Positions 37,701-51,900 of a stretch of 64,000 nt of DNA are shown in pieces. The position numbers and the translations under genes were made by a program. Source of the stretch: Octopus vulgaris (lineage: Eukaryota); the NCBI GenBank assembly GCA_951406725.2, contig OX597819.1, positions 84,878,001 to 84,942,000 of the forward strand. The letters are read 5' to 3'. Each line of letters starts with the position of its first letter. Position 1 is the first letter of the stretch. The notes under the pieces were generated by a model. It had not been told where the DNA came from. It ran no database searches and saw only the letters and a list, made by a program, of their open reading frames with translations.

Positions 37701-40700
37701 TTCAGATTATTGATTATTTTCAAAATTAATTCAAATGCATCAAGGTGGTGTATTTCAGAATTATCACACTATGAAAGTGTTAAGTTCAGATCCTACTGGA
37801 ATTGATTTATTTTTCCTTTCCTATTTTTGAGGATAAGATAAATATCAATCGTGTACTGCAGTTAATTCACTTGATCTTATTACTGGCTCCTACTAATTAA
37901 CAATCTTATGCCAGTGATAGATATTGTCAAAAGCATAAAATATAATTTTTGCTTATTTTTCTTTAACAGGTGGTGTTGTTGTGTTTGCAGTAAATTCCCT
38001 CTTATATTTGAACCAAAGTGTACCCCCTTATGGTGTTTCATTAAATGGTATTGCACTTTCTTGTACAGCATTTCCACTCAGTAAGTAGTCATTATTTCTG
38101 AATGTCTTCTCTTTTGTAAAGCTTGTACTAATGTGACAATATTTGTGGAGAACACCTTCAATCTTAAAGTCCTGTCACACTTTCTCTATATAAATCTCCA
38201 AGTCCTATTAGAAAAAGATTTTGACTAAATGCATTTATTTTCATATAAAAATCATAAAAATATAACTATTGTTTGAATTTGGATGAAATATGCTGATATG
38301 ATATAGTGTTCATTGGTATATATTGTAAATGTGAGTTTTCTTTGTTGTCATGTCACTTTGGCTGACCCAAGTAAGTTGAATACAGTCAGGTTGATTATAT
38401 TTAAATGTTGTCACATATCAATAATATTTTATGGGTATCAATTCAGAGCCTAATTTGTGCTCCAGTTAGCTCCTTTAACTTGCAAGTTGTCAACTCCCAT
38501 TAGAAAAAGAATTCTGAGATTTGTCTTCATATCCTCCATTCAAAGAATGCATGGTGTAAACAGGAAATCTTGCCAGCATCAAAACAACTCTACTGAAGAC
38601 AGCTTCACTAGGCTGGACACATCACTAGGAATGCAGTTCATTGATTTCTCAAGGTTACACTGCATGGCAAACTCTCTTCTGGTCATCATGATAGAGGAGT
38701 ACCGAAGAAGAGGTACAAGGACTCCTTAGAGAAATCTCTTGGCATATGTCACATTGATCTTCACCAGTGGTCTGTTCTTGCTGCTGATTATGAAGCCTTG
38801 TGTTCCACTGTCCTCCAGACAACAGCCTTCTTTGAAGACACCAGCAGCACCATCCTTGCAGAGAAAGGAGGTAAAATAAGACACTGACCAACCCCGATCA
38901 ACCTACCTTCCCATGCAGTCTCTGTGGTTGTGCCTGTTTGTCATAAATCAGACTCATCAGGCATCAGCAATCTTGCAAAAGATGTAGACATTCTCCTCTC
39001 TTTTACTCTTTTACTTGTTTCAGTCATTTGACTGTGGCCATGCTGGAGCACTGCTTTTAGCTGAAGAAATCGACCCCAGGACTTATTCTTTGTAAGCCTA
39101 GTACTTATTCTATCAGTTTCTTTTGCCAAACTGCTAAGTTACGGGGACGTAAACACACCAGCATCGGTTGTCAAGCAATGTTGGACACAAACACGGACAC
39201 AAACACACACTCACACACATACACACATACGACGGGCTTCTTTCAGTTTCCATCTACCAAATCCACTCATAAGGCTTTGGTCGGCCCGAGGCTATAGTAG
39301 AAGACACTTGCCCAAGGTGCCACGCAGTGGGACTGAACCCAGAACCATTTGGTTGGTAAGCAAGCTACTTACCTCACAACCAGTCCTGCGCTTGTAAATT
39401 TTTGCTTGCGAAGCCAAACCTTGAGAATTGCTATCTCAGAAACTTTAAATTATATTTCATCCTTTTATTTTATCAGAAGTAATGTGTTCTGATTCGTTAA
39501 AATAGTGTATAAAAAACCATAGTCATTGATTATAATTTTCTTATAATCAAGGTATTTTGATTTACTTGCTCCAAGCAACTATCTTGAATAAGTTAGTGTC
39601 AGTCACCCTTAGTTAGTAGTTGGTTGATCAGGATTAGAAAGAGTATTCAGCTGTGAAGTGTTTCCTCTAAATTCATAGCACTATCTAATCTATCAGATGT
39701 AAAAATACTTAAAAACATCTATTATTTGAATCAGATACATGCCGTCAACTTTGCTGGTTTGATTACCATTTCCTCATATTGTTATTAGGACTGATGTCAT
39801 CAAAGACTTAAAGTGCATATCATGTTTGTAGCAGTAGCATATTTTAATTCCTTCCAGAAATTCTTTTGACTGTAGTTAGACCTTGTAGAATAGAAGCAGA
39901 GTTTTTATCTTTTTCTATGGGAATATGAAGAAAATATTGCAAATGAAAGATACCAAAAATCAACACAAAACCATTAGATTGGAATATGGTGGAGTTGATT
40001 TCTTATTAGATATCTCATACTTCATCTTTTGCAGAACCCCAAGAAGGTGTTCGTATTGCCCTGGACTGTTGCCAATCAACACTGATCTCGTTTGATAAAT
40101 TAGTTCTATCACTGAAAGGTGGAGAACTGTAAGTATTTATATTTATTTGTCTTTCTTAACCCTTTTAGTGGGGTAATCAAAATTTCATTACCCTTAATTG
40201 TGGAAAGCAGTTTTATATATCAATCTATCTTTTATTGAGACTATTTTCTCTTGAGATATGTGAAGTTTATTGAGGCAATGTTACTTACAGAAAATTCCAA
40301 TTCTACTTTTTGGTAGATATTTAAGATTATTATTGGAATAACCATGAAATTGAATTTCACAGTCAAAGGGCTAAAGAACAAATTGACTTTAAACTCCCAT
40401 CCATCTAAAATCAGATTATTATTGTTGCTATAATCATTTAATTTCAGGTATGTCTTAACATTGGTTGTTGATGGCATGAGGAGTGTGAAGAGTTTTCATT
40501 TTGACAAAGCTGCTTCTAGTGTCCTTACTACATGTGTAAGTTTTCTTTCCTTGTGTTTTACTTTGCATTTAGTTTCTAAACAGTTTTAAACAAATTCTAA
40601 TGCAAATGAATCTGAGGTATTGACTGTAGTATACAGCAGAAATTATTGAGATGATAGCTGTTTTTAAAGAATCTATTTGGTGAGAAAGGATCTTAAGACA

Positions 40701-43700
40701 GGCCTTATAGAGGGGATGACTGAGATTTATGGTAGTCTGCTGTGCTTGAGAAGATCCATCAAGCTAAGTAAAATTGTAGCTGTTCTTGCATACAGACATG
40801 TTCCCTGCATCCCTCTTCAGCTAATTGATCCTAATCTTGCGGGCTTGTGAGTACTAGTGCCACGTAAAAAGCACCTGTGTTAGTGTCACATAAGAGCGCC
40901 TGTGCCGGTGCTGCATAAGTGAATCTGGTACATTCTGTAAAGGGATTGGCATTAGGAAGGGCATCTAGCTATGGAAACCATGCCAAAACAAATATGGGAC
41001 CTGGACAGCTCTTCAGTTAACCAGTTCCTGTCAAGCCATCCAACCTATGGCAGCATGGAAAACAGACATTAAAGGATGGTGATGATGATGAAGATAACTG
41101 AGTTGTAAAGAAAAAAAGTTGTTTTTTTTATATTTAGTGTAGACTGGGCACGTGTATATATTCTATTGTTCAGTCATGTCCAAACTATGTCTGATTGTTA
41201 GTAAGAAATTATTAACTTGTTTCAAAACATTATTCATGTCATCAAAGTAGTGACTTAAGAGAAATAGTAGAGAAGTGTATGCCTCATTGTGTTTAGTCTT
41301 TCCTCTCTATGTTTTTTTGTTGAAATACTGTTGGGGTTGACTTTTCCTCTTGGTTTGATAAAATACTCAATTGTGTAGTTGGATTGATTCAGTTGATTAT
41401 AACTACTCCCCCATGAAAATGTGCCTTGTGCCTATGTAAGAAAACTATATATTCATACGTTTATTTAAAAATATAAAATATAAAAAAAATTTTTTTTATT
41501 CATTTTACACAAAAAGAAACAATACTTATTTTGTTGTTAATTTTTAAAAATATCTTTTGACCATTTTAGGTCCTAAATGAAAATCTTGTGAGTGTCAGTT
41601 TGTACCTTATACTCACCTAGATTTGCTAACATAAGTACTGGTAACACATTGGGGGTGCATTCAGACCTTACTGAATTTAACTGTCTACTATCTCAAAAGA
41701 AATCAGTTTGTCAAAATATTCTTTTTTATTTTATTTATGACAGATGTGTCAGTGTGAAGAAGGATATTTATTTTTGGGGTCACGACTTGGTAACTCTTTA
41801 CTTTTGAAGTACACGGAAAAAATGCTTGAAGCTTCTGTCAATAAAATTGATGCTGATGGTAAAAAGGTGAGCTGTCACTTTTATCTAGCCATAATCTGTT
41901 TAAAGTGAAGCTATTAAATCTTTGCTTTCCTTTTATTTTCCTTCAAATGTCATTGCAATATAAAGGTTATTGATTTTTTTCATTTTGTTTTTGTTCCAGA
42001 GTGATCCACCTTGTAAAAAGAAGAGGACCGACAATTCTGAAGTCATGGGTAAGTTGACTGCTAAGCTCTTTGCAATTTGTTTAGATAACATTTAAGAAGA
42101 GACTTCCTTGTCATTATTGCTTTACAGATCATCATCATCATTTAGCGTCCGTTTTTCATGCTGGCATAGGTTAAAGAGTTTGACTGAAACTTGTAAGCTG
42201 GAGTGCTACGCCTGGTTCCAATCTGATTTGGCATGATTTCTATGACTAGATGCCCTTCCTAACGTCATCCACTCTAAGAGTGTAAATGGGTGCTTTTTAC
42301 ATGCCACCAGCATGGATGCCAGTTACCTGACACCGGCATTGGTCACAACTATGATTTCATTTGGCTTGATGTGTTTTCTCAAGCATGGCATATGACCAAA
42401 GGTCTTGGTCACTTATCATCTCTGTGAGGCCCAATGTTTTTTATGTGACCCCGGCACAGGTGCCTATTACATGACGCTAGCATCAGCCATGATTATGGTT
42501 TCACTTGGCTTGACAGGTTTTCTCAAGCATGGCATATCACCAAAGGTCTTGGTCACTTGTCATTGCCTCTGTGAGGCCCAACATTTGAAGATCATGCTTC
42601 ACTACCTCATCTCACGTCTTCCTTGGCCTACCTCTTCCATAAGTCCCCTCTACAGTTAGAGAGTTAGAGATTGGCACTTTTTTTACACAGCTGTCCTCGT
42701 CCATATGCAAGCTGTCCATATAATATACTTAGCTATTAAAAACTGCAATATGTTTCAGAGCTTGGCAAAATGAAATTGCCTCAGAAGTGATCATGAGCGC
42801 AACAAATACATAATTGTGGCTTAGTGCTTAGTTATAACTTAGCTTTAGGTTACTGTGTCACATCCATTGCGGAATACACATCTGTTACTCACATGATCAT
42901 TTCTGGTGCAATTTCATTTTGCCCAGCTCTGTAGCAGATTGTGTTTGAAAATAAAGGACACTGCTTGCATTATGGTGACACTCGTCTACAACTGTCATGT
43001 GATGTCAAGGCAAAGAGGCAACAACAGACATGGACATACACATATTCATATGTATTCACCAGACTTCTTTCAGTTTCTGTCAACCAAATCTACTCACAAA
43101 ACTTTGGTTGACCTGGAGCTATAGTAGAAGACACTTACCCAAAGGTGCTCTGCTGTGGGACTGAGCTGGGAATCATGTGGTTGGGAAGGAAACTTCTTTT
43201 AACACAGCCAAGCCTGTTCTTGTATATAGAACATATTTACTGACAGGTTAGAAGAATGACACAACCTAATAGAAAACCAACCATAAAATGAAGGCAGTTT
43301 GGGATGTTATGTCTGCCTGAATATCACAAAACCTATCAATATTTTATTAAAATTTTTATTGTTTCTTTCCATTTTCTGTAAATGTATTCATCACCATCAT
43401 CATCATTATCGTTTAGCGTCCGCTTTCCATGCTAGCATGGGTTGGACGGTTCAACTGGGGTCTGGGAAGCCAGAAGGCTGCACCAAGCCCAGTCTGATCT
43501 GGCAATGTTTCTATGGCTGGATGCCCTTCCTAACGCCAACCACTCCGTGAGTGTAGTGGGTGCTTTTTATGTGCCACTGGCACAGGTGCCAGATGAGGCT
43601 GGCAAACGGCCACGAACGGATGGTGCCTTTTATGTGCCACCGGCACGAGGTCAGTCGGGGCGGCGCTGGCAACGGCCATGTTCAGATGGTTCTCTTACGT

Positions 43701-45237
43701 ACCACCAGCACTGGTATCACAGCTGCAATTTCCATTGATGTTGATATTTCCATCCTTTAATGTCTGTTTTCTATACTGGCATGAGTTGGACAGTTTGACC
43801 AGAGCTAGCAAGCGGGAGAGCTGCATTAGGTTCCAATCTGATTTGGCTTTGTTTCTATGGCTGGAAATCTTCCTAATGGTAACCGCTTTACAGAGTGTCC
43901 TGGGTGCCTTTTATGTGGCACTAACATGGGAGCTTTTACATGGCATTGGTATGGGTGCTATTGTGTGGTGCTGGCACTGAAGCTTTTCATGTGGTGCCAG
44001 TGCAGGTGCTTTTACATGGCATCATCACAGGGGTCTTTTAGGCCAGTCTTCTTCAGCAGTGGGAGCAGCATTTCTTTTGTGGTGGATGGGTCTTCTTGCA
44101 TACAGCAAGGTACTAGATATCTTGATCCTTTGTCTTTGATTATTTTTGAAACATGGTTACTACCAACATTTATTTGCGCAGTTTAACAGAAACAGTTTTC
44201 TTTCTTTTTTCACAGCCTCTGATGTATCACAAATCGATGATCTTGATGAATTAGAGGTGTATGGTGAAGGAGATGCCATCAGTGGAACAACCATTACTTC
44301 ATTCACTTTTGAGGTAATTTACTTAATTCATTTCCATGTATATTGTTTCCTGTCATCATGTTGTAATTTAACACCCCCATGTCATCGTTGATCTCACAGA
44401 CCTATGCTTAAAGAAAATTCAGTCGTGATCATTCCATCTTAAATATTTTGCTGGACACTGTGTATTGAGGAGTACATTATCCAATGTGTCCTGTCATTTA
44501 TTTAGAATAATAGGGTGTGAATTGAGGGAGATTTTGGTGCTATTTCTAGCAGGTTGAGTGTCCACTTAGTGACACCCCCTTAGGCTTGTTCTATATAATG
44601 TTCTCAAAAGTCATTTTAGTTACCACTGATTTTGAGTAATAGTTCATGAATTTAGCTAAAGAGCTGTAAATTTCTATTCCTTCTAGCAATATAGTATTTT
44701 TTTTTTTACTTTAACTCTTTAGCACTCAGATTACTCTGCCAAATGTAATGCTTATTTATTCACATTGTTTTGAATAAATCATGTATTATCTTGTAGCTTG
44801 GGGATTTCATTGATGTGATTGTTTACTTTTAGAATGACATTGTAGGATAGATGTGAGAAGCTGGATCTGGTCAGTTTGAACATAAAGCAGGTTGAATATT
44901 TTGGCCAGATATGGCCAATTTAAATGTTAAGGGGTTTATTATCTGTCAAAATGTTAAGGGGTTTATTATCTGTCAAAATTTTGAAGATGCTCTTTCTTTT
45001 TCTCTTTTTACTCTCTTTACTCATTTACTCGTTTCAGTCATTTGACTGCGGCCATGGAGCACTGCCTTTAGTCGAGCAAATCAACCCTAGGACTTATTCT
45101 TTGTAAGCCTAGTACTTATTCTATCGGTCTCTTTTGCTGAACCTTTAAGTTACGGGGAGGTAAACACACCACCATCTGTTGTCAAGCGATGTTGTGGTTA
45201 CAAACACAGCTACACAAACATATGCACACAAACACAC

Positions 45238-45273
<36 letters not shown>

Positions 45274-45438
45274 TCATCATCATCGTTTAACGTCCGTTCT
45301 CCATGCTAGCATGGGTTGGACGGTTCGACCAGGGATCTGGGAAGCCAGAAGGCTGCACCAGGCTCCAGTCTTATCTGGCAATGTTTCTACAGCTGGATGC
45401 CCTTCCTAACACCAACCACTCCGTGAGTGTAGTGGGTG

Positions 45439-45484
<46 letters not shown>

Positions 45485-48400
45485 GACAGGCTTCTTTCAG
45501 TTTCCATGGCTTTGGTCAGCCCGAGGCTATAGTAGAAGACACTTGCCCAAGGTGCCACGCAGTGGGACTGAACCCGAAACCATGTGGTTGGTAAGCAAGC
45601 TACTCACCACACAGCCACTCCTGTGATAATGAAGAATTTTGCAAAATAACTTTGTCATTACTAAGCTGGTGTTTGGATCATAAATTAACCTGAAACTTTA
45701 GGTCAGGAAATGTGTATCAGGATGTGGCTTGAGGTGGTTTGTTATCAAACGTGTTGAGCTGTGGTGTATGTTTCTCATGTGCAGAGAAACCAGTATTCAT
45801 GTTGTTGACATTAACTTCATTTGATCCTGTTTTATATGTAATGATTGTTTTTTTCCCCTTCCTGATCAAAATAGGTTTGTGACAGTATTCTCAACATTGG
45901 TCCTTGTGGAAGAATGGTGATGGGAGAACCTGCTTTCCTTTCTGAAGAGTTTTGTAATACAATAGATCCTGATTTGGAACTTGTAACAACATCTGGGTAT
46001 AGCAAAAATGGTGCTTTATCAGTATTACAGGTGAAAAGAATATTCCGTTTTACAGATTTAAAAAAATTCTTTTATTCGTTTCAATCATTTGACTGCGGCC
46101 ATGCTGGAACAGTGCCTTTAGTCAAACAAATCAACCCCAGGACCTATTTTTTGTAAGCCTAGTACTTATTCTATCAGTCTCTTTTACTGAACTGCTAAGT
46201 TAGTGGGGGGGGGGGACATAAACACACTAGCATCGGTTGTCAAGCAATAGTGGGGGGACAAACACAGACACACAAACATACACACACCCGCACAAACATA
46301 CACACACCCACACACATATATACACATATACATACGACAAGCTTGTTTCAGTTTGTCTCTACCAAATCCACTCACAAGGCTTTGGTTGGCCAGAGGCTAT
46401 AGTAGAAGACACTTCCCCAAGGTGCCATGTAGTGAAACTGAAACTGGAACCATGTGGTTGGTAAGCAAGCTACTCAGCACACTGCCATTCCTCTACTTTT
46501 TTTTTCTTAAATTTTGAATTTGTTGAAGTGACATTGACTCCAGACTTTTTGATCCTCCATTTAAACATTGTTGCATTTGTGAAAATTATCAGCTCACTAA
46601 TAGATTAGGGTTTGAGATGTTTTACCTCTCTGTTTTAGTTCTGCCTCTTTGTCATTGTTACTTCGATGCTGACTTATTTGATGTGAAACATCTGAATGTT
46701 TTGCTAATTATCTATCCTTCTCCCTCTCCCTCTCTCAAGTTTATGAACATATTTAGCTTTATGTGTGAGGAGAGAAAGTGTTTATGGTGACACGTAAAAA
46801 GCAACCATGCTGGTGTCACATAAAAGCACCCGGTACACTCTGTAAAGTGGTTGGCATCAGGAAGGGCATCCAGCTGTAGATACCATACTGAAGCAGATGT
46901 GTGGAGCTTGGTGTAGCTCTCTGGCTTACCAGCTCCAGTTAAACTGTCCAGCCCATGCCAACATGGAAAATGGATGTTAATTGATGATGATGATGTTTGA
47001 TTATGTTAAATGATGATGATGTTATGTTCATGAGTGCGTGTGTGTGTGTTTGCCTCCAGTGCCAAAAACTATGGCCACTAGAACAGTTTCAATGTCCAAT
47101 CAGCTGTGCTAAATCACCAGCATCCAAATAGCCATGCTTCCATTGTCTCACTCCATGTAAATTAAGCTTTCATCCTCTTGGAACCATTTGAAGACTTTGT
47201 AGTAAGTGTCTTGTTTATAAATAGTCTTTCATGGCTAAGAATAAAAACTATAATTGGAAACTGACATACTTAGTAAATTATGTTATCACGTTAATGCCAC
47301 CTTATATTGGTATTAATACTTACTTTCTATGCTTTTAGATAAATGTCCCAACCTCTATGTATCAACACCAGATAAAATATATTAATGAATTTATGATGCT
47401 TATGTTAAATCTTGGCAGAAAAATATTGAAAACAAAACCAGAATCTGGATTCATAGAAACAATGATACAATCTACCAGTTGTCCATACTTGTTATTTATT
47501 TTGTTTTTGCTTCACCTTCCCAAAATCAAGGAATCTTACTCGAAGATGGTCTGTGACCATAACCGAGAAAAGATTCTTCTCTTAGCAGTTTAGTGTTGCA
47601 AAGTCTGGAAGTAAATACTAGCATTATGAGAATCTGTGTATCAACCAAATATCATAATTATAATTTAAATGAAATATTTATAAAGTAAAATTATTCTCAG
47701 TATTATTTATTTAACTATTTCAGCGGAGTATCCGTCCTCAAGTTGTGACAACATTTGAGCTCTTTGGCTGCTTGGACATGTGGACAGTATTTGGAAGCAA
47801 AGTAGATTCAATAACTGATGAAGACATCTTGAAAACAGAGGTGAGTTCTTTTTGAAGAGGTTCTTTATTTTTCTTAAAATTAAAACTGATATTGATTAAT
47901 TTATTATTATCTGGTAAAGATAATTTCTTATGTAAATTAGAGATTTAGGAGGACAAGGTTAGTTGATTAAATTACTCTCAGTGGTTTGATTAGTATTTTA
48001 TTTTATTGTACCTGAAAGGGTGAAAGGTAAAGTTGACTTGAGACAAATTTGAACTCAAAATGTAAAGAACTAGAACAAATATTTCAAAGCATTTTATCTG
48101 AACCCTTATTTTTCACCTATTATATTAATTTTTCCTTGTTGTAAGGGATATTATCCAGCCATCTTGCATGTGGTCTACCTTTGAGTCTCCTGCTTGTTGA
48201 CCTTTCCCCTAAAATTTGTCCTGTATGTCTAACCATGTGGTTAGACATCCTAACCACATGCCTGTTGTACATCTCCATGTGGAGAAGTAGTGGTTTTATC
48301 TGGAGTAACACCCTGATCTCTGAGTTGTGCATTCTATCAAGTAAAGTTATGTCACCAGCCCTTCAGAGCAATCCCCTTTTTAACCACTTGTATTTGCAGC

Positions 48401-48948
48401 TGTTTTCTCTCAGTTGCTACCCAAAATTCTAGACTGTAGGAAAAGTGCTGGCAATTAAACTGAACTGAAAATTGTGAGTTTGGCTTTTTCACCTGCCTCC
48501 CTTCATCTTATGCTGAGTACTGAAGCCAGTGCATTGTTGCATCAGTGCTAGCCTAGCAATACTCACGTCCAATTAATCCTCTTGCCTTCCGTTGCTCATG
48601 AAAATGACCCTGAGATACTTGAACTTCTTCACTTTTTTAAATGTGGCTCCACTAACATGCAAAATGCGCTGGGCAGGTTTTCTCTAGAGAAGAGATGTCT
48701 CAGTTTTTGCAACATTGATTTTCATTGCAGCCTTACTGCACTCACCAGTGAACCTATTTAGTGCATGCTGAAAATCACCTACTGATGAGATTCCTTTAAT
48801 TTCCCTCTACTAAATTCCCTCACAATGCATTATTTAGCATAGGGCTATAGTAGAAGAGAGTTACTCAAGATGGTGCACAATGTGGCTGAACCTGAAGCCA
48901 TCTTCTCAACTGCACAGCCATGCTTCTGCCTTTATGTTTATAATTTAA

Positions 48949-48980
<32 letters not shown>

Positions 48981-51900
48981 GGAGGCCCAATGGCCTAGTG
49001 GTTAGGGCAGCGGACTCGCGGTCGTAGGATCGTGGTTTCGATTCCCAGACCGGGCGTTGTGAGTGTTTATTGAGCGAAAACACCTAAAACTCCACGAGGC
49101 TCCGGCAGGGGGTGGTGGCGATCCCTGCTGTACTCTTTTGCCACAACTTTCTCTCACTCTTTCTTCTGTTGGCCTGCTCGCTTAGCCAGCGGGGTGGCGT
49201 CATTTGAAGGCTAAAACAATGCGAAGCGCATTGTGACCAGCGATGTGTAACAACATCTGATAGCCTGGTCGGTCACGGTGATATATATATATATATGCGC
49301 TATTATAAATTAACCCTTCAGCATTCAAACTAGCCATATCATGCCAAAATTTTCTACCTGTTTTATGTTGAGACCAACAGGAATCTGGCCTCTCACATCT
49401 ACCCTATGTCAAAGATACCTGATGAAGGCTGGAGAGTATATCAGCTGAAACGTTGTGTTAACAACAAACAAGATGAGGACAAATATCTGTCAATTGTAAA
49501 TAATGTAAATAACGTACATAATTCCTCATCTCTTAAATATAGAACTGTATTAATTTCTCATGTATGTTATTTCTTACCAAGTTCACATGAAATGAAGCTG
49601 GTTTTTGAAATGTATAAGATAGGAAAATTTTTTTCCATTTCATTCTTAGTTGAAAGATGAAAATGAAGAGAAAAGCGATGAGAAAAAGGGTATTGGTGAA
49701 GATGTAACACAAAAAGATGCTAAAGCAATTCCTGAAGAAGATATTGAAGATGGCCATACATTTTTAATATTAAGTAAAAGTGACTCTAGTATGGTAAGTC
49801 TTTTATATTAGTTTTTTTTTTTTTTTTTTGGTTGTAATTATTTTGGTTCTGTCATTTACTTATGTAGTAATTTAAATTAACTGAATTATGTTTATTTACA
49901 TTTTCTCTTATCTTGTATTAATCTTTCTAGATATTACAAACCGGTCAAGAAATTATGGAACTTGACCACAGTGGCTTCAGCACACAAACACCAACTGTAT
50001 TTGCTGGAAACATAGGAGATAATAAATATATTGTTCAAGTGTCTCCAATGGGAGTACGTCTTTTAGAAGGAGGTTTGTACTGTCATAATTTATAACAACA
50101 TTCAGATTTTATTTTAAATATTTAAGCACAGGCATGTGGCTGTGTGGTAAAGAAGTTTGCTTCTCAGCCATCTGATTTCAGGTTCATTCCCACTGTGCAT
50201 TACCTTGGACAAGTGTCTTCACTATAGCTCTATGCCCACCAATGCTTAGTGAGGGAATTTGGTAGATGGAAACTTAAGAAATCTCATAGTGTGTATATGT
50301 GCTTGTGTTTATTTAAATGTTTACTATCTGCTGTGAAATATGCTACAGCTGGTGATGACACCTTGTAGTTAGGCTGCAGCCAGTGAGAGTTGTTGGCGTT
50401 TCCTGTTAACGAATTGTTCACTAGATCTACACTTGGAATTTCTCTGGAATAAAAATTCTTTTTTATTTGAAAAACAGATAAAGTTTTTGTGACAGGAAGA
50501 GCATCTTTCCATAAAAATCCTGCCTCAGCTATCTCCCTGTTTAAACATTTCATTGAACAAAGGAGTTGCTGCTTGATTTTTTTAAACCGAACTGTTTAAA
50601 TTTAGAATTTAGGAATTTAAATTACCTGATACCTCCTCCTCCTCCACCCCCTCACTACGCCCTCCTCACACCCCTCCTCCTCCGCATCCCCCTTCACCCT
50701 TCCACCCCCCTCCTCCATCGTCATTTACCATCCAGTTTTTCATGCTTGCTTAGGTCAGACAGGATTTATTGAGGCAGATTTTCCATGGCTGGATGTTCTT
50801 CTTGTCACCAATTCTTGCCTGTTTCCAAGCAAGTCAATATTTTCCAATGACCAGACAAATTTTTCATGGAACACTGAACAGCCTTGCTTAGGCACATACA
50901 CTGATTCACTCACTCACACATATGCACATGTGTAATGGGCTTCTTTCTGTTTCTGTTTACCAAATCCACTCACAAGGCTTTTGATGACTTGGGATTATAG
51001 AAGACAGTTGCCCAAGATGCTGCATAGTGGGACGGAACCCAAAGCCTCTTGGTTGGGAAGCAAGCTTCTTAACCACCCTGTCACACACACATGCCTGACA
51101 GTTAAATATTAAAAAAAAAATGAAAATAATGCATGACTGACTTTTTTTCACTTCAGTGAAGGAATCCAATGTTAAATTATCATCATCATCATCATTTAGT
51201 GTTCATATTCTATGTTGGCATAGGTTGGACAGTTTGACTGGATTTAAAGTGTCCAAGGACTGCATTGAGCTCAAATGTCTGCTTTGGCAGGGTTTTTATG
51301 GCTGAATGCCCTTCCTAATGCCAACCACTTTACAATGTGGACTGGGTACTTTTTTTCATGCCACCTGCACTAATGAGGTCACCATATAGTATGCAAAACT
51401 GTGAGTCCTAGGAGAGGAGTGCAATTAATTTTGGCAGGACATTGGTTGGAATCGTCCAATGTCAATAGACCAGTTTGTTGCTCTTAGTTTGGCAGTATTT
51501 GTATTTAACACCAATTTGCTACAGTTTGAGTAATGGTAAACTAAATAAGAGGGAAAATTATTAAAAAATATTAACCCTTTTAACTGCATAAATCAGATAT
51601 ATCCATTCAAAATTTCATTACCCTTATTTACAGAAAGCTGTCTGAGGAACTATTTTTTTTATTGAGATGTGTCCAGCTTATTGAGGCAGCATGACTTGCA
51701 GAAAATACCAATTTTATAATTTGGTAGATATTTTGTATTGTTACTGGAGTAACCATGAAATTTGATTTCACATTTAAAGGAAACAGTAAAATGAAAAAAA
51801 CCCAAAAAACTAATGGGTATCTATTCAAAATGTCCCAGTATCAAATGACAGTTATAATCTTGACTGGATACTGATTGAGTCAGCAAATTTAGCAGTAAAT

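Noticed and set aside
38930-38965. Minus-strand CTGATGA-GTC..GAC-AAAC hammerhead-like string
   Set aside because: Lacks the G of GAAA and convincing stems I/III; it is the antisense of the LINE zinc-finger coding sequence.
48981-49055. tRNA-Arg-like sequence as a real tRNA gene
   Set aside because: No proper acceptor stem; continues into a SINE body shared with 17385-17752.
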